A stretch of DNA of 64,000 nt, taken from Clostridia bacterium (GTDB lineage: Bacteria; Bacillota; Clostridia; Christensenellales; UBA1242). This document shows positions 57,774 to 64,000 of this stretch, piece after piece (within the stretch, counting starts at the first letter, position 1; each line of letters opens with the position of its first letter). The notes beneath the pieces are model-generated. The model made no database searches, had not been told where the DNA came from, and saw nothing but the letters and a program-made list of their open reading frames with translations. Made by a program: the position numbers and the translations under genes. The stretch is from the NCBI GenBank assembly GCA_016297845.1, contig JAEDFV010000002.1:671-64670 (forward strand), written 5' to 3'.

Positions 57774-58433
57774 TCACCATTCTATCTCTTTTTTTCCCAA
57801 CTTCTTTAAAATTTCGTTTGTTTTTGTAAAATGACCACAGCCAAAAAAACCATTGTATGCCGAAAGTGGACTTGGATGTGCGCAAGTTAAAACGTAATGT
57901 TTAGTTCTGTCAACACCGCTTGCAATTTCTTTTGCATTTGCGCCCCAAATAAGAAAGATAACTGGGTCATTTCGCCTATTTAACAAATCAATTACTTTTC
58001 GCGTAATCCTTTCCCAACCTTTGTTTTTATGAGAATTTGGACAACTTTCTCTAACTGTCAAAACACTGTTTAAAAGCAAAACTCCTTGTTTTGCCCATGC
58101 GGTTAAATTTCCATTTGTTATGGACTTTTTTCCTGTTTCTGCCTCTATCTCTTTATATATATTTTGAAGAGAAGGAGGAAGCGCAGTTCCCTCTTCAACC
58201 GAAAAACAAAGACCATGAGCCTGACCAGGTTGATGATATGGGTCTTGACCAATTATGACAACTTTTACATCTTCAAATTTAACTAAGTTCAACGCTGTAA
58301 AGACATTCTCAACTTTTGGATATATCTTGAAAGAAGCATATTCAGAATTTAAAAAATTTTGCAGATTCTTAAATTCTTGACTTTCAAACTCATCTTTTAG
58401 CAATTCAAACCAATTCTTTGTTATCGGAAACAT
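57774..58433 (-). CDS. ung: Uracil-DNA glycosylase
   Basis: GQDPYHQPGQAHGLCFSV and HPSPLSA motifs. Confidence 0.95.
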   Translation of the reverse strand: MFPITKNWFELLKDEFESQEFKNLQNFLNSEYASFKIYPKVENVFTALNLVKFEDVKVVIIGQDPYHQPGQAHGLCFSVEEGTALPPSLQNIYKEIEAETGKKSITNGNLTAWAKQGVLLLNSVLTVRESCPNSHKNKGWERITRKVIDLLNRRNDPVIFLIWGANAKEIASGVDRTKHYVLTCAHPSPLSAYNGFFGCGHFTKTNEILKKLGKKEIEW

Positions 58434-58523
58434 GAAATCATTATAGCATATATTTAAAACAAAGTGAATTACTTTCTAAAAAAATATTTGCAATAATTTT
58501 TGTTAAAAAACATGTAAATTTGC

Positions 58524-58552
58524 TTGAAAGTCACAAAATATGTTGCTATAAT
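58524..58552 (+). promoter_or_regulatory. Sigma-A-type promoter (predicts a leaderless transcript for 58559..58933)
   Basis: TTGAAA (58524-58529), N17, TATAAT (58547-58552). The ATG at 58559 is the 7th nt after the -10, with no SD. Confidence 0.4.
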
Positions 58553-58558
58553 GAAAGC

Positions 58559-58933
58559 ATGAAAGAAATTATTAATTCCCTAAATGAAGAAAAAGAAATA
58601 TTAAAAATTGATGAAAATTTTGTTGAAATTAAAACTTGTGCTGAAATTAAAAACGGAATTTCAATTCGTGCATTTCTGAAAAAAGACGGAAACAAAGTTA
58701 TACTCTGCGACAACAAGCACACCCTTAGATATATGAATACAATTTATGAACTTGGGGCCAACGATGTAAAGCAATGTATAAATGATGTTGTACATCACTA
58801 CAATTTCAAAATTGAAAAAGGTGAATTAAAAACTGAAGTCAATTCGAAAAACATCAAAAAAAGATATGCCGACTTTTTAATTTGTTGCGGAACTCTTGCA
58901 AATATGTTTATATTTTTTGACGAGCCAAATTAG
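58559..58933 (+). CDS. Hypothetical protein (124 aa)
   Basis: The ORF in the track begins at TTG 58520. The first ATG at 58559 fits the promoter geometry. Confidence 0.5.
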   Translation: MKEIINSLNEEKEILKIDENFVEIKTCAEIKNGISIRAFLKKDGNKVILCDNKHTLRYMNTIYELGANDVKQCINDVVHHYNFKIEKGELKTEVNSKNIKKRYADFLICCGTLANMFIFFDEPN

Positions 58934-59018
58934 CAAATTTAATTTGTAAATATTAAAAAATGTGATATAATCCTAGTTAAGTGAATGCACAAAAGTGCAA
59001 AATTAATTAGGATTTTTT

Positions 59019-61394
59019 ATGAAACAACAAAAATATTTCAACGCAAAAGAAAATTTTGCGCTAATTTCGAGTATGTCGAAAGAACTTAATTTAAGTGAAA
59101 AAGTGGTTGAACTTCTCTTTTCACGAGGGATTGATACAAGGGAAAAAATTGAAAAATTCTTTTCTCCTTCTTTTTCAGATTTTAACGACCCTTTCCTCCT
59201 TTCAGGAATGAAAGAAGCAACTGAAAAAATACTTTGTGCGGTAAAAGAAAAAAAACGCATTTTAATTTTCGGTGACTATGATGTTGATGGTATAAGTGCA
59301 ACAGCGATTATGCTTCTAACTCTTAAAAAATTGGGTGCAACAGCACAATACTATCTCCCAAACAGATTTATAGATGGCTATGGTTTAACTGTTGACGTAA
59401 TAAAAAAATTACAAGAAAAATTTAATCCTGAACTTATAATAACTGTTGACTGTGGAATCTCTTGTGCAAAAGAAGTTGAATATGCAAAAGAAAATGGAAT
59501 TGATATAATAATAACTGACCACCACGAAATCCCAGATGTTATTCCGTCAACTGTTGTAATTAACCCAAAACTTGAAAAACAAGATTATCCTTTCAGAGAA
59601 CTTTGCGGAACGGGAGTTGCACTTAAAGTTTCTCAAGCACTTATTGGAAACGAAAGCAACGAATTTTTACCTATTGCCAGCATCGCCACAATTGCCGATA
59701 TAGTTTCACTGAGAGAAGAAAATCGTGCAATCGTTGCGCTGGGAATGAAATTGTTTGAAGATTATTTGCCTGTTGGAATTAAAATGCTCTTTAAAGAAAA
59801 TAAAATTTCGTTAAAAAAAGTCACTTCAACAGACATAGCCTTCAAAATTGCACCAAAAATAAATTCAAGCGGACGCATGGGCGAAGCTTCAGACAGTTTA
59901 AAACTATATCTTGAAACAGACCCGGTTATCTTGCGCCAACAAATTGCAAAAATAAATGACTATAACATTCGCCGTCAACAATCTTGCACAAAAGTTTTTG
60001 ACGATTGTGTTAGAAAATTAAAAAATGTCAATCTCTCCTCTGAACGGGCAATAATTTTATATGATGAATCATGGGACAGCGGAATTTTAGGAATTGTGTG
60101 CGCAAGACTTGTTGAAACATACAACCGACCAGCATTTTTATTCTCACTTGAAGACGGTTTTTTAAAAGGTTCCGCTCGTAGTCTTCCAGATGTAAACGTA
60201 CACGAAATTCTTTCAAGTATGCAAGATATTCTTGAAACTTTTGGTGGACATAAAATGGCGGCAGGACTCTGTTTGAAACAAGAATATTTTTCTGAATTTT
60301 GCAACAGAGTAACAAATTTTATATTCAATAAAGTCAGCGAACAAGCATTCAATCCAATAACATATTATGACCTCGACATTGAAGAAAGCCAAATTACTGA
60401 CAAATTTTTAGAAGACTTGGACAAACTTGAACCTTTTGGACTCAACAATGCAAAACCACTGTTTAGAATTTCAACAAGCAAAGCAAAAATTGGTGCATTA
60501 AAAAATTTTTCATGCCACTATAACATTTCAATTGGAAGATTATATCTTGTTTATTTTAATTGTTCAGAAAAATATTTTTCACTTAAATATGCAAAACAAA
60601 AGAATATAATTTTCGAAATACAAAATAAACAAGGCAATCAAATTAAAGGAATTGTTAAAAACTTTGATGGTGGATTTGAGCTTGACAAAAGTTTTTCTTC
60701 AACGTTGGACGCATATATTTTCGAACAATTCAAATATTTAAACAACAAAGAAAAATGCAAAGTTAATTCCTACAACAAAGATTTACTAATTGAACTTGTT
60801 GCGGGCTGTGAAAAAAATCCTTTTGGAACAATTTTTGTTGCATCAAAAAGTGAAACATATCGAAATTTTGTCTCAAAATATTGCAGTGAAAACATATCCA
60901 AACTATTTGTTTTTAACAACTCATCTGATTCAGGATATAATGCTCTATATTTATATCCAACAAACCTTAACATTTTCAAAAACTATTCAAATATTGTTTT
61001 CCTTGACCCCGTCATGGACCAATCATATCTTTCTGAAATAAAAAAATATACATCAGGGAACATTTATATCCCAAACGATAAAAACTTTAACAAAAAACTT
61101 TTCACAACATTAAATCTTTCTCGAGCATCAATTACGGATTTTTTTGTGAAACTTAAAACTTTGGAAAATCAAAATTTTTCGAATTTATCTCACCTATATA
61201 ATTCACTTTCCAAAACAACAAAAATTTCATTCAACAATTTTTATGTCTATTTTCTTGTTCTACAAGAACTCAACATTATAACTTTAGAAGGAACAGAATC
61301 CTTAACCCTTAAAATTGACTCAAAAACAAAAACTCAGTTAGCAAATTCAAAAATTTATAACTTAATAAGTTATTTAAAAAGAGTGAACAAATAA
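59019..61394 (+). CDS. recJ: Single-stranded-DNA-specific exonuclease RecJ
   Basis: DHH-family motifs IFGDYDVDGISA, VDCG, ITDHHE, and DHHA1 GGHKMAAG. Confidence 0.9.
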   Translation: MKQQKYFNAKENFALISSMSKELNLSEKVVELLFSRGIDTREKIEKFFSPSFSDFNDPFLLSGMKEATEKILCAVKEKKRILIFGDYDVDGISATAIMLLTLKKLGATAQYYLPNRFIDGYGLTVDVIKKLQEKFNPELIITVDCGISCAKEVEYAKENGIDIIITDHHEIPDVIPSTVVINPKLEKQDYPFRELCGTGVALKVSQALIGNESNEFLPIASIATIADIVSLREENRAIVALGMKLFEDYLPVGIKMLFKENKISLKKVTSTDIAFKIAPKINSSGRMGEASDSLKLYLETDPVILRQQIAKINDYNIRRQQSCTKVFDDCVRKLKNVNLSSERAIILYDESWDSGILGIVCARLVETYNRPAFLFSLEDGFLKGSARSLPDVNVHEILSSMQDILETFGGHKMAAGLCLKQEYFSEFCNRVTNFIFNKVSEQAFNPITYYDLDIEESQITDKFLEDLDKLEPFGLNNAKPLFRISTSKAKIGALKNFSCHYNISIGRLYLVYFNCSEKYFSLKYAKQKNIIFEIQNKQGNQIKGIVKNFDGGFELDKSFSSTLDAYIFEQFKYLNNKEKCKVNSYNKDLLIELVAGCEKNPFGTIFVASKSETYRNFVSKYCSENISKLFVFNNSSDSGYNALYLYPTNLNIFKNYSNIVFLDPVMDQSYLSEIKKYTSGNIYIPNDKNFNKKLFTTLNLSRASITDFFVKLKTLENQNFSNLSHLYNSLSKTTKISFNNFYVYFLVLQELNIITLEGTESLTLKIDSKTKTQLANSKIYNLISYLKRVNK

Positions 61395-61396
61395 CG

Positions 61397-62785
61397 ATGG
61401 AAATCAAATTTATTAATACTGAATATGAAAAAGAACTTGGCGAAATTATTGGTCTTTTTTTTCCAACGTTTGAAACTGAAGAAAATCAAAACACAATTAC
61501 ATTTGAAGCCCTAACAGACAAAAATGTTGTTACAATTAATGAAAAGAAATATGAGTTTTCACTCGAACTTGAAAAAAGAAAAAGCGACGAAAAAAATGCT
61601 TTATATCTTGCTCTTTCAGACTATTTCAAAAAAACATTTGAATGGGGCTCAATCACAGGCGTTCGCCCAACAAAAATTGGATATGATTTATTGGAAAAAG
61701 GTGTTCCCAAATATCTCTTAAAAGAAACACTCATGAAAGATTATCATCTTTCTGAGCAAAAAGCTAAACTTATTAAGGACACAATTTCAAATCAAAATTG
61801 TATTATAAAAAATGACAATCTTGTTGATATTTTTATTAACATACCTATTTGCCCAAGTCGTTGCAAATATTGCAGTTTTATTTCTTCTCAATATGAGCAA
61901 GTAAAGAACAAAATCCCTTCTTATTTAAATTGTTTAATAAAAGAAATTGATGCAATCAAAGAAATTATATCAACAAAAAATCTAATTGTACGTTCAATTT
62001 ATATAGGAGGAGGAACACCAACCGTTTTGTCCGCTGAAGAACTTGAGGAAATACTTGGCAAATTGTCATACCCTTCTGTTGAGTTTACAGTTGAAGCAGG
62101 TCGCCCAGACACAATAACACGAGAAAAACTTGAAGTTTTAAAGCGCAACAACGTGACACGCATCTGCGTAAACCCACAAACTTTTTGCGAAAAAACTCTC
62201 AAGCAAATTGGCAGAAATCACACCGTGAAAGATGTTATTTCCGCATATATGCTCGCTATTGAATTTGGATTTGATGTCAATATTGACCTAATTGCTGGAT
62301 TACCTGGAGAAAAATTTACAAACTTCAAAAAATCAATTGAAACTGCAATAGAGATGGCTCCAGCAAATTTAACAATCCACACGCTTGCCCTTAAACGTGG
62401 CTCAAATCTTACAAACGAAGCGATAAAAAACAACGAAATTCAATCGTTTAATTGTCCTCCTGCTGAGGAAGTTAAAAAAATGATTGATTATTCAAATCGC
62501 CGACTTTTAGAAGAGAAATATAATCCATACTATTTATACAAGCAGAAAAACACTCCACTAGGTCTTGAAAATGTTGGCTACGCCCAAAAGGGTCATGTTT
62601 GCATTTTTAATGTTGACAGCATGGAAGAAACATGTAGCGTTCTGGCTTGCGGAGCACATGCCATATCCAAAAGAGTGTTCTCGCTTGAAAATCGAATTGA
62701 AAGATGCTGTAATGTTAAATTTATAGAAGACTATATTTCTCGAATTGACGAAATGATTGAAAGAAAAAAAGAACTATTCAAATAA
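61397..62785 (+). CDS. hemZ: Radical SAM coproporphyrinogen-dehydrogenase-like protein (HemZ/HemN family)
   Basis: CPSRCKYCSF (CxxxCxxC) cluster motif, GGGTP motif, and the N-terminal extension typical of HemZ. Confidence 0.8.
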   Translation: MEIKFINTEYEKELGEIIGLFFPTFETEENQNTITFEALTDKNVVTINEKKYEFSLELEKRKSDEKNALYLALSDYFKKTFEWGSITGVRPTKIGYDLLEKGVPKYLLKETLMKDYHLSEQKAKLIKDTISNQNCIIKNDNLVDIFINIPICPSRCKYCSFISSQYEQVKNKIPSYLNCLIKEIDAIKEIISTKNLIVRSIYIGGGTPTVLSAEELEEILGKLSYPSVEFTVEAGRPDTITREKLEVLKRNNVTRICVNPQTFCEKTLKQIGRNHTVKDVISAYMLAIEFGFDVNIDLIAGLPGEKFTNFKKSIETAIEMAPANLTIHTLALKRGSNLTNEAIKNNEIQSFNCPPAEEVKKMIDYSNRRLLEEKYNPYYLYKQKNTPLGLENVGYAQKGHVCIFNVDSMEETCSVLACGAHAISKRVFSLENRIERCCNVKFIEDYISRIDEMIERKKELFK

Positions 62786-62810
62786 AAAAAGCACATTAAG
62801 TGCTTTTTTT
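62784..62810. terminator. Bidirectional rho-independent terminator
   Basis: AAAAAAAGCAC-ATTAA-GTGCTTTTTTT between convergent genes. Confidence 0.6.
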
Positions 62811-63531
62811 AATCAATATTAACGTTGTGAATAACTTCTTGGACATCATCACTTTCTTCAAGTTTATCAACCATTTTTTGGAATGTATCAAGTTGTTTCT
62901 CATCAAGGTCAACATAATTTTGAGGAATAAATTCAACTTCAGCCGAAATAAAAGTCAACCCGCCTTGTTCAAGTTTTTCTTTAACTTCAGTCAATTTTTC
63001 TGGTGCTGTTATTATTTCAAAAACATCGTCCTCGTCTTTAACATCTTCAGCATCTGCCTCAAGTGCCATCATAAGCACATCATCTTCTGTTAAATTCCCT
63101 TTTTCCAAAACAAGAACACCTTTTCTGTCAAACATAAATTGCACACAACCAAGAGCACCAAGTGAACCGCCAAACTTGTCAAAAGCATGACGAACATCTC
63201 CCGCTGTTCTGTTTTTGTTGTCTGTCAAACATCTGACAATAACAGCGCTTCCCCCAACTCCATAACCTTCATAACTGCAATCTTCATAATTTACGTTTCC
63301 CAATTCACCGCTTGCCTTTTTGATGCTTCTTGCAATCGTGTCATTAGGCATATTGCTCTGTTTTGCCTTTGCAATCAAATCTTTAAGCTTCCCGTTTGTT
63401 TGAGGGTCTGTTCCGCCAGTTTTCACTGCAACAGCAATTTCTCTTCCAATTTTTGTAAAAATTTTTCCCTTTTGGGCATCTGATTTTTCTTTTGCATTTT
63501 TTATATTATGCCACTTACTGTGTCCGCTCAT
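62809..63531 (-). CDS. yebC: YebC/PmpR family DNA-binding transcriptional regulator
   Basis: MSGHSKWHNIKNAKEKSDAQKGKIFTKIGREI is the family signature. Confidence 0.93.
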   Translation of the reverse strand: MSGHSKWHNIKNAKEKSDAQKGKIFTKIGREIAVAVKTGGTDPQTNGKLKDLIAKAKQSNMPNDTIARSIKKASGELGNVNYEDCSYEGYGVGGSAVIVRCLTDNKNRTAGDVRHAFDKFGGSLGALGCVQFMFDRKGVLVLEKGNLTEDDVLMMALEADAEDVKDEDDVFEIITAPEKLTEVKEKLEQGGLTFISAEVEFIPQNYVDLDEKQLDTFQKMVDKLEESDDVQEVIHNVNID

Positions 63532-64000
63532 TATATATCTCCTTTAACTTTAAACATTAATATGCTTCCTGCAACCGAAGCATTTAAACTTTCAACCCCA
63601 TAATTCATAGGAATGGAAACACCCGTGCAAATTTGTTGAATTTCCCGAGAAACACCATTTCCTTCGTTTCCTATCACAATTCCGCAAGGTGAAGGGAATT
63701 TGATTGATGAAACATTTTTGCCGTCCATAATCCCACAAAAAAGATTCTTATCTTTGAAACAATTTACAAAATTTTTCCTATCTATTTCAAATATGTTAAC
63801 TTTGAAAAGTGCTCCCATTGTACTTCTTACAACCTTTTCGTTTGTAGGACTTGCACTGTTTATTAAATAAATATCCTGAAATCCAAAGGCAAGCGCAGAA
63901 CGTATCAACGTTCCAACATTTCCAGGGTCTTGAACTTCATCTAACACAAGAAAATTGCCAGAAGGAGGCTTAAAAGTTTTTTGACCAAACTTCACCATTG
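63531..64000 (-). CDS. TrmH/SpoU-family RNA 2'-O-methyltransferase (5' end beyond window)
   Basis: LVLDEVQDPGNVGTLIRSALAFG, IGNEGNGVS and LNASVAGSI SPOUT motifs. The reading frame is still open at 64000. Confidence 0.8.
   Translation of the reverse strand, partial: MVKFGQKTFKPPSGNFLVLDEVQDPGNVGTLIRSALAFGFQDIYLINSASPTNEKVVRSTMGALFKVNIFEIDRKNFVNCFKDKNLFCGIMDGKNVSSIKFPSPCGIVIGNEGNGVSREIQQICTGVSIPMNYGVESLNASVAGSILMFKVKGDI

Overview
AT-rich, gene-dense chromosomal segment from a low-GC anaerobic Firmicutes-type bacterium. It uses the standard genetic code, since RF2 is present with its canonical +1 frameshift. Most genes are housekeeping: rnj, dnaB, addA/addB, rpsU, argS, recR-ybaB-dnaX, a heterodimeric ABC exporter, engB, rubrerythrin, a catalytic-type [FeFe]-hydrogenase, plsY, der, prfB, rpiB, gap, alr, ung, recJ, a hemZ-like radical SAM gene, yebC and a trmH-like gene. 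Accessory content falls into three groups. (1) 32.9-38.5 kb holds a decayed, tandem integrative-island relic at tRNA-Arg(CCT), with three integrase remnants, two tRNA fragments and small cargo genes. (2) Two very large paralogous lipoprotein-type surface proteins (B-repeat Ig-like domains plus BspA-type LRRs) have 5' 2.6 kb that are virtually identical and bracket essential genes. (3) An intact orphan phage terminase large subunit sits next to a phage-late-regulator-like HTH gene. The most unusual signal is non-coding: a 304-bp array of 15 phased direct copies of TTTGTAAAAT with unrelated spacers, ending in a perfect 20-bp palindrome, between prfB and the second surface-protein gene (48557-48860). 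The same box forms a 12-bp inverted repeat upstream of the HTH gene at 6401-6433. Also notable: dnaX is interrupted at an A9 run so that full-length tau needs a -1 shift or a +1A transcript, prfB appears leaderless, a degenerate ABC ATPase lies in a small operon, and a membrane coiled-coil protein carries three AT-hooks. No rRNA, CRISPR array or intact transposase was seen. All functional calls rest on motif recognition by eye; no database searches were run.
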